Assembly: GCA_005880915.1 (NCBI GenBank)
Contig: VBIW01000036.1
Coordinates: forward strand, 27,800 to 91,799
From: Chloroflexota bacterium
GTDB taxonomy: Bacteria > Chloroflexota > Dormibacteria > Dormibacterales > Dormibacteraceae
Direction of reading: 5' to 3'
Length of the DNA stretch: 64,000 nt
Shown here one piece after another: positions 1 to 8,214 of the stretch (position 1 is its first letter; each line of letters starts with the position of its first letter). The notes below the pieces were generated by a model. The model did not search any database. It saw only the letters and a list, made by a program, of their open reading frames with translations, and had not been told where the DNA came from. Both the position numbers and the translations under genes were made by a program.

Positions 1-614
1 GACCGAGGCACGATGTTGGTCCAGAGCATGGCGCCCGAGACTGCGGTCACGCCGACAGTCGCCAGGAAAAACGGGCTGATGCCGAGCACCCCGCGCAGGG
101 GTGGCCACGGCCTGCGGCGCAGAGCCTTGTCGCGCCGCACCTGGTCGCGCGGAGCCGGCGCCGCGGCAGGGGGCGCACTCTGGCTCGCGGTCTGTAAATG
201 GCGGCGGAGGTCGTAGAGCGTCAGCCCGGCTTTCATCAAAGGACCCGAGGTCGTCGGGGAGTCCGAGTACAGCATCACCAGCAGCAGGTGGATCGAATCG
301 ACCTGGAAGTGGCCGAGCACCTGCGCTTCGCGGTTGGCGTTGACGAGCAGCTGCCGCAGCGGCAGCGACGGGGTGGCTCCGTCAGGCGGCACCTGCGCGC
401 CGATGGCCTTGGGGTCGAAGCCCAGCGCCAGGATCTCGCGGTCGGCCAGGCTGCGCGGGATCTGGACCATCGCATTGAGCACGTCCGCCGGTGCGACATT
501 CAAGGATCCGCGCGCGGAAGCGATCTCGGCGGCGCGATCGAGAATCTCGCGGGCGTCGCGGGTCAGCGCGATATCGGCCGAGGCGCGCTCGAGCTCCGTG
601 GCTGCGTCAGGCAT
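1..614 (-). CDS. Clp N-terminal (Clp R) repeat domain protein with a C-terminal hydrophobic segment. Partial: runs off the left edge.
   Basis: Manual minus-strand translation from ATG 614-612 is open to position 1: MPDAATELERASADIALTRDAREILDRAAEIASARGSLNVAPADVLNAMVQ...QVLGHFQVDSIHLLLVMLYSD...LRGVLGISPFFLATVGVTAVSGAMLW. Two Clp_N-like repeats, then a Pro/Ala linker and a TM-like stretch. The ATG overlaps the rlmB stop (ATGCCTGA). Not in the ORF track because it has no in-window stop. Confidence 0.55.
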   Translation of the reverse strand, partial: MPDAATELERASADIALTRDAREILDRAAEIASARGSLNVAPADVLNAMVQIPRSLADREILALGFDPKAIGAQVPPDGATPSLPLRQLLVNANREAQVLGHFQVDSIHLLLVMLYSDSPTTSGPLMKAGLTLYDLRRHLQTASQSAPPAAAPAPRDQVRRDKALRRRPWPPLRGVLGISPFFLATVGVTAVSGAMLWTNIVPR

Positions 615-1329
615 CAGGGTGATCCAGTTTAGGAACCCGCTGCCTCATCACCTCGTAGAGGAGGGCGGCCGCTGCCGCGGAAGCGTTGAAGCTGGCCACA
701 TGCCCAGCGACAGGTAGACGCACGCGGGCGTCGCATCTCTCTTTCACCAGCCGGTGCACGCCGGTCCCCTCGCCGCCGACCACGACGCACACCCGCTGGG
801 TGAAGTCGAACTCCCACGCCGGGATCTCGCCACGCGGGTCGAGGGCCACGCACCAGATCCCGGCCCGCTTCACCTCCACGATCGCTGACGGGAGCCCGGA
901 GACCTTCGCGATCGGCAGAAGCTCGCTTGCGCCCGAGCTCGCCTTGACGGCGGCCGGCGAGAGCGGCGCACTGCGGTGCTCGGGCAGAACTGCGCCGTCG
1001 CATCCGGCCACCTCGGCGCTGCGCAGGATGGCGCCGAGGTTTTGCGGGTCGAGGATCGAATCGAGAGCGACGAGGAGCGACGGGTTTGTCTTGAGGAGCT
1101 GGTCGAGCGTCCACTCGCGACGTGGTTTCAGCTCCGCGGCAACGCCCTGGTTCACGCCCGGCGCCATCGCATCGAGGCGATCCTTCGACACCTCATCGAC
1201 GGGCGCGAGCCGGGCCAGCTCATCGAGGCGCGGGTCGTGGCCGAGGCCCGCCGCCCGGTACACCTTGACGACTCGACCCGCCCGCGCGGCCTCGAGGACC
1301 GCGTTCCGCCCGAAGATCAGCTGTTTCAA
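607..1329 (-). CDS. rlmB: 23S rRNA (guanosine-2'-O)-methyltransferase, SpoU/TrmH family (RlmB-like)
   Basis: 240 aa. N-terminal substrate-binding region (IFGRNAVLEA) and SpoU methylase region (LDSILDPQNLGAILRSAEVAG...VVGGEGTGV...IPVAGHVASFNASAAAAALLYE). Follows cysS as in Bacillus. Confidence 0.85.
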   Translation of the reverse strand: MKQLIFGRNAVLEAARAGRVVKVYRAAGLGHDPRLDELARLAPVDEVSKDRLDAMAPGVNQGVAAELKPRREWTLDQLLKTNPSLLVALDSILDPQNLGAILRSAEVAGCDGAVLPEHRSAPLSPAAVKASSGASELLPIAKVSGLPSAIVEVKRAGIWCVALDPRGEIPAWEFDFTQRVCVVVGGEGTGVHRLVKERCDARVRLPVAGHVASFNASAAAAALLYEVMRQRVPKLDHPDA

Positions 1330-1338
1330 ACTACTCGC

Positions 1339-1857
1339 ATGGTCTCAGAGTTCATGGCCCGGGCTCGGCTGCTGCTTGCCGAGGGGATCGACGACAAGAG
1401 CTTGAACGCGGTCGGCCGGCTGCTCGCCGAGGTGTCGACTGAACCCGATTTCATCCCCCAGACCGAGATGAGGAGCCTGCACGGCGGGGACGCCACTTCA
1501 GCCGTGCTGCAGACAGATCCTGACGGACTGACCCTCATGCTCGGAAGCTTTTCGGCCAAAGAAGAAACCCCGGTGCACAACCACAACTCGTGGGGGATCG
1601 CATGCGTCGTCCAGGGCGTCGACCGCTACCGCCACTGGCACCACGATGACGAGGGCCGGTTGAAGATCCTCTATGAGAAGGAGCTCAGGCCGGGCTCCTT
1701 TGTGACGTGGCTCGATCCGCCGCACGACATCCACAGCCAGCAGGGCATAGGCGGACCCGCGCTCGAGCTGGTTCTCTTTGGCAAGAACACCATGACGATC
1801 CCACGCAACTACTACAACCCCGAGACGGGTGAGGTCAGGACCGCCCTCCCTCAATAG
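1339..1857 (+). CDS. Cupin-fold protein (cysteine-dioxygenase-type cupin-like)
   Basis: Only the 3' part of ORF 976..1857 looks protein-like. Trimmed to in-frame ATG 1339 (MVSEFMARARLL...). His-rich metal motif PVHNHNSWGIACVVQG ... PPHDIHSQ. The upstream part of the ORF is antisense to rlmB. Confidence 0.6.
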   Translation: MVSEFMARARLLLAEGIDDKSLNAVGRLLAEVSTEPDFIPQTEMRSLHGGDATSAVLQTDPDGLTLMLGSFSAKEETPVHNHNSWGIACVVQGVDRYRHWHHDDEGRLKILYEKELRPGSFVTWLDPPHDIHSQQGIGGPALELVLFGKNTMTIPRNYYNPETGEVRTALPQ

Positions 1858-3268
1858 GCGCCGCGCGCCTCCAACGCACGCCGTCCTTCGAGTCTTCGAG
1901 CACGATCCCTCGCGTGCGTAGTTCGTCCCGGATCTGGTCCGAACGCGCGAAGTCGCGCGCCCTGCGCGCCGCCTCGCGCTCGGCAATCAGCCGCTCTACC
2001 TCATCAGCAAGGCCGGGCTCCTCCGCGCGCATCACGTCGAGGTGTGCGTCGACCTCGTCGATCAGTTCGAGCAGGGACGCTTTGTTGTTCGGACCGACGC
2101 GATCCCCGTCGAGCGCCGCGTTGGCCTCGCGAATGAGGTCGAACACGAGGCCGACGCCTTGCGGAAGATTCAGGTCATCGTCCAGCGCCTCGCGGTAACC
2201 GGCGCGCGCCTTCTCGATCCTCTCGGCGAGCTCCGTATCTTCGGAGCCGGCCGGAGTCGCGCGATTGACGCGTTCGGTGAACTCACGTAGGCGGCGCACC
2301 TGCTCCGCGGCTGCGTGCAGCGCCTCTGGGCTCAGCCGCACTCGCGACCGGTAGTGCGCGTTGGCGATGAGGAAGAAACGGATGGCGAGCGGATCGTGGC
2401 CGGCATCCGTCAGATCGCGAAGCGTGGTGAACCCGCCGGCGCTCTTCGACATCTTCTCGCCCGTCGCATCGGCGAGATGCTCCGAGTGCAGCCAGACACG
2501 GGCGAAAGTCTTGTGGTTGGCGGCCTCCGATTGTGCGATCTCGTTTTCGTGGTGCGGAAACATCAGGTCGACGCCCCCGGCGTGGATGTCGAGTGTGTCG
2601 CCGAGGTAGCGCTTGCTCATCGCGGAGCACTCGATGTGCCAGCCAGGGCGACCCCGCCCGAACGGCGCTTCCCACGCGGCGCCGATCTTCTCGTCGCCGG
2701 GCTGCGCCTTCTTCCAGAGCGCGAAGTCGCTGACGTGCTCCTTGTCGTACTTGTCGCTCGCCACCCTGGCCCCGGCCTTGAGGCCGGCACGGTCCAGGTG
2801 CGAGAGGGCGCCGTAAGCGGGAAAGCTCGCGATCCGGAAGTAGACGTCGGCGTCGGCGACATATGCGTTCCCGTTGGCGATCAACGTAGCGATCATGTCG
2901 ACCATCTCGGGAATGTGGGCGGTCGCGCGGGGGTACTGCTCGGCGCGCTCCGCACGAAGCGCGGCCATATCCTCGAAGAAAGCCGCGGCGTAAGGCTTCG
3001 TGTACTCGCCGATCGTCGTGCCCGCGTGCATCGCCTGGTCGAGGATTCGGTCGTCGATGTCAGTGAGGTTCATCACATGCGTGACGCGGTAGCCCGACAC
3101 TCGCAGGTGCCGCCGCACGATGTCGTAGAAGAGGAACGCGCGCAGGTTGCCGACATGCGCGAAGTTCCACACGGTGGGCCCGCATGTATACATGCGGACC
3201 TGGCCCTCTTCGAGCGGCTCGAACGGCTCCTTCGCTCCAGTGAGCGTGTTGTGAAGTCGAAGCGTCAT
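1835..3268 (-). CDS. cysS: Cysteine--tRNA ligase
   Basis: 477 aa. Class I signatures (CGPTVWNFAHVGN = HIGH region, KMSKS present) and HIECSAM zinc/cysteine-binding region. Confidence 0.97.
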   Translation of the reverse strand: MTLRLHNTLTGAKEPFEPLEEGQVRMYTCGPTVWNFAHVGNLRAFLFYDIVRRHLRVSGYRVTHVMNLTDIDDRILDQAMHAGTTIGEYTKPYAAAFFEDMAALRAERAEQYPRATAHIPEMVDMIATLIANGNAYVADADVYFRIASFPAYGALSHLDRAGLKAGARVASDKYDKEHVSDFALWKKAQPGDEKIGAAWEAPFGRGRPGWHIECSAMSKRYLGDTLDIHAGGVDLMFPHHENEIAQSEAANHKTFARVWLHSEHLADATGEKMSKSAGGFTTLRDLTDAGHDPLAIRFFLIANAHYRSRVRLSPEALHAAAEQVRRLREFTERVNRATPAGSEDTELAERIEKARAGYREALDDDLNLPQGVGLVFDLIREANAALDGDRVGPNNKASLLELIDEVDAHLDVMRAEEPGLADEVERLIAEREAARRARDFARSDQIRDELRTRGIVLEDSKDGVRWRRAAPIEGGRS

Positions 3269-3279
3269 CGCCGCTCAGT

Positions 3280-3328
3280 GTCCTCCCCATCTGTGGGGAG
3301 GTGCCGGCGAAGCCGACGAAGGGGCTCG
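3280..3328. repeat. Dispersed two-hairpin element, copy A (ispF-cysS intergenic)
   Basis: GTCCTCCCC-atctgt-GGGGAGG-t-GCCGGC-gaa-GCCGAC-gaaGGGGCT. Near-identical architecture at 12292-12354, 27711-27758 and (degenerate) 23097-23148, all in the same orientation. Confidence 0.8.
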
Positions 3329-3334
3329 ACCGAA

Positions 3335-3805
3335 TCAGCCAATCGAATCAATGACTGCCACTGCTTGCGCCGCGATCCCGGCCTTCTGTCCCAAGGCCCC
3401 CAGACCCTCGGGTGACTTGCCCTTCACGTTGATCTCTTTCGTGCCCAGGGCCTCCGACAACCTCGCCTTCATCTTTTCCAGGTGCGGCTGTAGGCGCGGG
3501 CCCTGCGCGATGACGGTGCAGTCGACATTCACGACTCGATAGCCTGCGCCGCGTACCGCCTCGACTGCTGTTGCGAGCATCTCGAGGCTGGATGCGTCTT
3601 TGAAGCGGTCGTCCTCAGCTGGAAAAAGCCGGCCGCTGTCACCTAATCCCGCCGCGCCCAGGAGCGCGTCGATTACCGCGTGTGTCAGGACGTCAGCGTC
3701 AGAGTGGCCGTCAAGACCAGTGGGATGCTCGATCAGAACCCCGCCCAACACAAGCTGACGGCCCGCGACAAGCGGGTGGACGTCGTATCCGATGCCGACC
3801 CTCAA
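3335..3805 (-). CDS. ispF: 2-C-methyl-D-erythritol 2,4-cyclodiphosphate synthase
   Basis: 156 aa. MRVGIGYDVHPL...GHSDADVLTHAVIDALLGAAGLGD is the classical IspF motif. Confidence 0.95.
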   Translation of the reverse strand: MRVGIGYDVHPLVAGRQLVLGGVLIEHPTGLDGHSDADVLTHAVIDALLGAAGLGDSGRLFPAEDDRFKDASSLEMLATAVEAVRGAGYRVVNVDCTVIAQGPRLQPHLEKMKARLSEALGTKEINVKGKSPEGLGALGQKAGIAAQAVAVIDSIG

Positions 3806-4494
3806 TGGGCGGCTGTCTCGTGTTCCCTGATGAGCGCCTCGACGACCTCGAGGTCTTCGGGCGTTGTGAGCTTGATGTTCGCCGGCTCGCCCGGAACGAC
3901 GGTGACCAGGTGGCCGGTCGCGGCCACGAGCTGGGCGTCGTCGTCGCCGACAAGGCCGGCGTCCGCCGCCTCGCGATGCGCGCGGGAAAGAAGCTCGTAA
4001 GAGAAACCCTGCGGCGTCTGGGCCAGCACGACGCGCGAACGGTCAAGGCTCTCGACCAGGCGATTACCCTCGACTCGCTTCACCGCATCCCGCGGCGAAA
4101 TCGCCGGAAAGGCCGCCCCCGACTCAATCGCGGCCGCGAGCACGCGTCTGACCAGCGCCGCCGTCGCCAGCGGCCGGGCCGCATCGTGCACCAGCACGAA
4201 ATCGCAGTCCCCCAGCGCGGCCAGCCCCGCGCGGACCGACGCCTGGCGGCTCTCGCCACCGGCCTTGACGACGACCGGCTTGCGGGGATGCAGCGCCTCC
4301 ACCTCGTGCGTGGCCGTCTCGAGCCGGCCTGGGGGTCCGACCACGACGATCCGGTCCACCTCGTCGAGAGCCAGAAAGAGCTCCAGCACGCGCGCCAGGG
4401 TGGTCCGTCCGTTCAGGCGGACCAGCGCCTTGCTCCCGCGGCCGAGACGCGAGCCGCTGCCCGCAGCGGCGACGATCGCGCCCACGGTCGGCAT
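3802..4494 (-). CDS. ispD: 2-C-methyl-D-erythritol 4-phosphate cytidylyltransferase
   Basis: 230 aa. AIVAAAGSGSRLG nucleotide-binding motif. 4-nt overlap with ispF. Confidence 0.93.
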   Translation of the reverse strand: MPTVGAIVAAAGSGSRLGRGSKALVRLNGRTTLARVLELFLALDEVDRIVVVGPPGRLETATHEVEALHPRKPVVVKAGGESRQASVRAGLAALGDCDFVLVHDAARPLATAALVRRVLAAAIESGAAFPAISPRDAVKRVEGNRLVESLDRSRVVLAQTPQGFSYELLSRAHREAADAGLVGDDDAQLVAATGHLVTVVPGEPANIKLTTPEDLEVVEALIREHETAAH

Positions 4495-5597
4495 CAGCAG
4501 GATTCCTCGTGAGGCGTAGCGCGGACCTCCTCTCGGGGTTTGACCCGGCTCGGCGGCCGGCGCGAGTCCGCGCTCGCCGGCTCGGCGAAGATCATCCGGC
4601 CGGCCGACGTCTGGATGACCGACGTAACGACCGCGGTGATGGTCTGGTTGAGCAGTCGCCGCCCGTTCTGGATCACCACCATGGTGCCGTCATCGAGGCT
4701 GCCGACTCCCTGGCCCGGCTCCTTGCCTTCCCTCGCCACCGTGACGACGACCTCCTCGCCGGGAATGGCTACAGGGCGCATCGCCTGGGCGAGCTCGTTG
4801 AGGTTGAGGACCGCCACGCCTTCCAGCCGCGCGATCCGGTTGAGGTTGAAGTCGTTGGTCATGATCGCCCAGCCCCTGCGCTTGGCTGTGCGCACGAGGT
4901 GTGCATCGATCTCGCCCGCGGCGGCGCCTTCATCCTCAGTGACCTGGAGGTTGATCGAGGGTTCTTTCTGCATCTCGGTCAGGACGTCGAGGCCGCGACG
5001 GCCGCGACGGCGACGGGTCACATCGGCCGAGTCGGCGACCGTCTGCAGCTCACGCAAGACAGAGCTGAGGATGACGAGAGGCATGTCCAGAAAGCCGGTC
5101 TTCGCGATGTCGAGAATGCGGCCGTCGATGATGACCGATGTATCCAGGAGCACCGCAGGCATGCGATGACTGTCGGCCTCGGTCCTGCCGCCTCCGAAAA
5201 ATAGCGCGGCCAGCTCGGCCCGCCGCGTCAGACCCAAAGACGCGCCCTGGGCGGCGAGAAGCAAGGCCAGGACGAACGAAAGCGCGACGCCATATGGAAG
5301 GTCGCGCACGAATACGCCGATCAGAGCCGCGATCACCAATCCAACGACGATGCCCAGCAGTCCGCTGAGCAGATCCGGCAATGGAGTGCTCGTCAGCCGG
5401 AAGTTGATCTTCCGCCACCCGCCGAGCAGGTATGGCGTGCCTAGATAGGCAAAGATCAAACCTTCCAGGGTCGTCAGCCCGATGATCGCCCAGCCCGGTC
5501 GCGCGTTGCCCCGGACCATGAAATAACCGAGCAGAAAACCACCGACCACTCCGAGCCCCACCCCGAGCCATCGGGCCAGATACTCGGAACGCTTCAC
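4494..5597 (-). CDS. yacL: PIN/TRAM domain membrane protein (YacL-like)
   Basis: 367 aa. N-terminal TM helices, PIN region (LLDTSVIIDGRILDI...), C-terminal TRAM-like region. Positioned between radA and ispD as in Bacillus. Confidence 0.85.
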   Translation of the reverse strand: MKRSEYLARWLGVGLGVVGGFLLGYFMVRGNARPGWAIIGLTTLEGLIFAYLGTPYLLGGWRKINFRLTSTPLPDLLSGLLGIVVGLVIAALIGVFVRDLPYGVALSFVLALLLAAQGASLGLTRRAELAALFFGGGRTEADSHRMPAVLLDTSVIIDGRILDIAKTGFLDMPLVILSSVLRELQTVADSADVTRRRRGRRGLDVLTEMQKEPSINLQVTEDEGAAAGEIDAHLVRTAKRRGWAIMTNDFNLNRIARLEGVAVLNLNELAQAMRPVAIPGEEVVVTVAREGKEPGQGVGSLDDGTMVVIQNGRRLLNQTITAVVTSVIQTSAGRMIFAEPASADSRRPPSRVKPREEVRATPHEESC

Positions 5598-5608
5598 GGG
5601 TTACCTCC

Positions 5609-7012
5609 TCAAGAGACCGAGATCCCGGCCTCCTTGATAAATGCGCCGGACCGAATCTGTGTAGGAAATGCGGCGGAGACGGCCTCCGCCACGGTCCGGA
5701 CCTCGACGACTTCGAGGCCGGAAGGCCGCCCGGCTTTTGAGCCGGCCGGAATCAAAGCGCGCGTCAGACCGTGCCTGGCCGCCTCCTGTAGGCGGCGCTC
5801 GAGATGGCCGACGCGACGCACCTCGCCCGACAATCCCAGCTCCCCGACCACGAGCAGGCCGTCCGGCATTGGCCTGTTGTTTTCGTTGCTGACGATCGAA
5901 AGGGCAAGACCAAGGTCCGCGGCCGGCTCCGTGATCCGGATGCCGCCCGCCACGCTGACGAAGATGTCGGAAGTTCCATAAGAACGCTCGAGACGTTTTT
6001 CAAGCACGGCGACGATCATGTGCAAGCGGTTGACGTCAAATCCATTCGCGATCCGCCGCACCACTGTGTTGTGTGTCTTGTTGACCAGGCTCTGCACCTC
6101 GACCAGCAGCGGCCGGGTGCCTTCGAGCACAGCCACTATGGCAGTGCCGGGCGCCGCCTGCGCCGAGGTCGCGAGGATCGCCGCGGAAGGATCGGTCACC
6201 TCCTCGAGGCCGGCCTCACCCATGGCGAAAACACCGATCTCCTCGGCCGAGCCGAACCGGTTCTTGGTGGCACGCAGGATCCGCAGCTCCTGGCGCCGGT
6301 CGCCTTCGAGGTAAAGCACCGTGTCAACGATATGCTCCAGGACCCTCGGTCCGGCTATCGAACCGTCCTTGGTCACGTGCCCCACGAGGAATATCGGTAC
6401 TCCGATCTCCTTGGCCAGGCGCATCAGCCGGGCGGCCGACTCGCGAACCTGGGTCACGCTCCCGGCGCTTCCCTCGAGCCCCGGGTCGGTGACGGTCTGG
6501 ATGGAGTCGATGATGGCCAGGCGAGGCAGTTCGCCCCGTATCGCTTCGCAGATCACGTCGAGGTCGTTCTCGGCGAGGAGCAGGATCGACGGCGCGATGG
6601 CGCTCAACCTTTGGGCCCGCATCCTGACCTGCTGGCCGGACTCCTCGCCGGAGACGTACAGCACCGTGCCCGAGGCGGCAACCTGTGCCGCGGCGTGCAT
6701 CAGGAGGGTCGACTTGCCTACCCCCGGCTCGCCGGCGATCAGGGCCAGGCTTCCGGGGACGATGCCCCCGCCAAGGACGCGGTTGAGCTCGCCCCAGGCG
6801 AGGCGGGTCCTGGGCGCGTCTTCAGCCGAGATCTCACTGAGAGGGACGGCGCGGGCAGGTTGAAGGGGTCTGGCCTTGCTGTCCCGGGAAGCCTTCCTGA
6901 CATGGAACTCCTGAAGCGTGTTCCAGGCCTGGCAGTGAGGGCACTGGCCGGCCCAGCGGAGGGTCTCCCCCCCGCAATCGGTGCAGACATAGGTGATGGT
7001 CGATTTGGCCAT
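5609..7012 (-). CDS. radA: DNA repair protein RadA/Sms
   Basis: 467 aa. N-terminal zinc ribbon (CTDCGGETLRWAGQCPHCQAWNT), Walker A GEPGVGKST, KNRFG motif and a Lon-like C-terminal domain. Confidence 0.97.
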   Translation of the reverse strand: MAKSTITYVCTDCGGETLRWAGQCPHCQAWNTLQEFHVRKASRDSKARPLQPARAVPLSEISAEDAPRTRLAWGELNRVLGGGIVPGSLALIAGEPGVGKSTLLMHAAAQVAASGTVLYVSGEESGQQVRMRAQRLSAIAPSILLLAENDLDVICEAIRGELPRLAIIDSIQTVTDPGLEGSAGSVTQVRESAARLMRLAKEIGVPIFLVGHVTKDGSIAGPRVLEHIVDTVLYLEGDRRQELRILRATKNRFGSAEEIGVFAMGEAGLEEVTDPSAAILATSAQAAPGTAIVAVLEGTRPLLVEVQSLVNKTHNTVVRRIANGFDVNRLHMIVAVLEKRLERSYGTSDIFVSVAGGIRITEPAADLGLALSIVSNENNRPMPDGLLVVGELGLSGEVRRVGHLERRLQEAARHGLTRALIPAGSKAGRPSGLEVVEVRTVAEAVSAAFPTQIRSGAFIKEAGISVS

Positions 7013-7098
7013 AGGGAGACTGTGAAGCGATGGGCGGCGTTTTACAAGTCCGCATGTACCCTTTTACCGAGACAGGGCGTTTCATCTGCGAGCGTCAA

Positions 7099-7140
7099 GA
7101 CGCCGCCCTGACTACCCCCGGGGCGGCGTCCCTTTTTCTG
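7099..7140 (+). terminator. Intrinsic-terminator-like hairpin plus T-tract in the 5' leader of the PLP-enzyme gene
   Basis: GACGCCGCCC (7099-7108) / GGGCGGCGTC (7121-7130): a perfect 10-bp stem followed by CCTTTTTCTGACGTTTTGC. An upstream CAGGGCG (7073-7079) can pair with CGCCCTG (7104-7110) as an alternative helix. Confidence 0.55.
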
Positions 7141-7200
7141 ACGTTTTGCTGGAAAGGGGCGCGTTCTGCGCCGGCCGCACCGAATCCCTATCCTCCCCCC

Positions 7201-8214
7201 GTGGGCGCATCCATCTCCCCCGACCGCATCGAGGAAGCCGCGCATGTGATCGACCCGGTCTTCCTCCACTCGCCGCAGTTCGTCTGCGAGCCATTGAGCG
7301 AACGCCTGGGCGTGATCACGGTCCTCAAAGTCGAATCGATCAACCCCATCCGCTCCTTCAAAGGCCGCGGCGCCGATTACCTCATGCATACGCTCGGAGA
7401 CGACTCGAGCAGGGTCGTCTGCGCCTCGGCCGGCAACTTCGGCCAGGGCATGGCCTACGCCTGCCGCAAGCGCGGCCGCCACATCACCGTTTTCGCTGCG
7501 CACACAGCCAACCCGCTGAAAATCGATCGCATGCGCGCTCTAGACGCGCATGTCGAGGTGACCGGTGACGATTTCGATCAGGCGAAGGATGCAGCCAAAC
7601 GCCACGCCGAATCAAGAGGTGACGTCTACATCGAGGACGGTCGGATCGCGGCAATCACCGAGGGCGCCGGCACGATCGCACTCGAGCTGGGAGAAAACGA
7701 AGAGCCGCTGGACGCGATCTTCGTCCCCCTCGGCAATGGCGCCCTCGTCAACGGCATCGGCACGTGGATCAAACATCACTCGCTAGAAACAAGGGTCATC
7801 GCGGTATGCGCGCAAAACGCACCCGCGATGGCCCTGTCGTTCCAGGCCCGAACACCAACAAGAGCGTCCAGCGCGACCATCGCAGACGGCATCGCGGTCC
7901 GCGTGCCGGTGCCCGAAGCAGTCGACGCCATGGCGAGCACCGTCGACGAGGTCATGCTTGTCTCTGACGACGAGATGATCCTGGCGATGCGCCACCTGCT
8001 CAGCGAGGCAGGCCTTGTCGTCGAGCCGGCCGGCGCTGTAGGGGTCGCCGCAATCGCACAGCGGTCGCAGCAGCTCCGCGGCAGCCGGGTGGCGGCGATC
8101 CTGACCGGAGGCAACCTCACCGGGGAGCAGATCGCGCTGTGGCTGGGTGGAAGACCTACTGGCGCTCGAGGTCGGCGAGGTAGTCCAGCGCGGCCAGTGG
8201 TCCCTGCTGGCTGA
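7201..8214 (+). CDS. Pyridoxal-phosphate-dependent enzyme, threonine/serine dehydratase family
   Basis: ORF 7030..8214. PLP-lysine motif SINPIRSFKGRGADY and a Gly-rich phosphate loop (ASAGNFGQG). Start trimmed to in-frame GTG 7201 (VGASISPDRIEEAA...), which places the catalytic Lys at the usual distance from the N-terminus. The start is uncertain. Confidence 0.75.
   Translation: MGASISPDRIEEAAHVIDPVFLHSPQFVCEPLSERLGVITVLKVESINPIRSFKGRGADYLMHTLGDDSSRVVCASAGNFGQGMAYACRKRGRHITVFAAHTANPLKIDRMRALDAHVEVTGDDFDQAKDAAKRHAESRGDVYIEDGRIAAITEGAGTIALELGENEEPLDAIFVPLGNGALVNGIGTWIKHHSLETRVIAVCAQNAPAMALSFQARTPTRASSATIADGIAVRVPVPEAVDAMASTVDEVMLVSDDEMILAMRHLLSEAGLVVEPAGAVGVAAIAQRSQQLRGSRVAAILTGGNLTGEQIALWLGGRPTGARGRRGSPARPVVPAG

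Noticed and set aside
3269-3334. T-box riboswitch upstream of cysS
   Set aside because: The ispF-cysS spacer is only 66 nt, far too short for a T-box leader. No T-box consensus or specifier-loop architecture is present. The spacer is occupied by repeat copy A.
7022-7111. Leader-peptide attenuation (29-codon ORF VKRWAAFYKSACTLLPRQGVSSASVKTPP ending in the terminator's 5' arm)
   Set aside because: There is no run of Thr/Ile/Val/Leu or other regulatory codons and no SD, so it was not called as a CDS. The terminator/antiterminator structure itself is retained as a finding.
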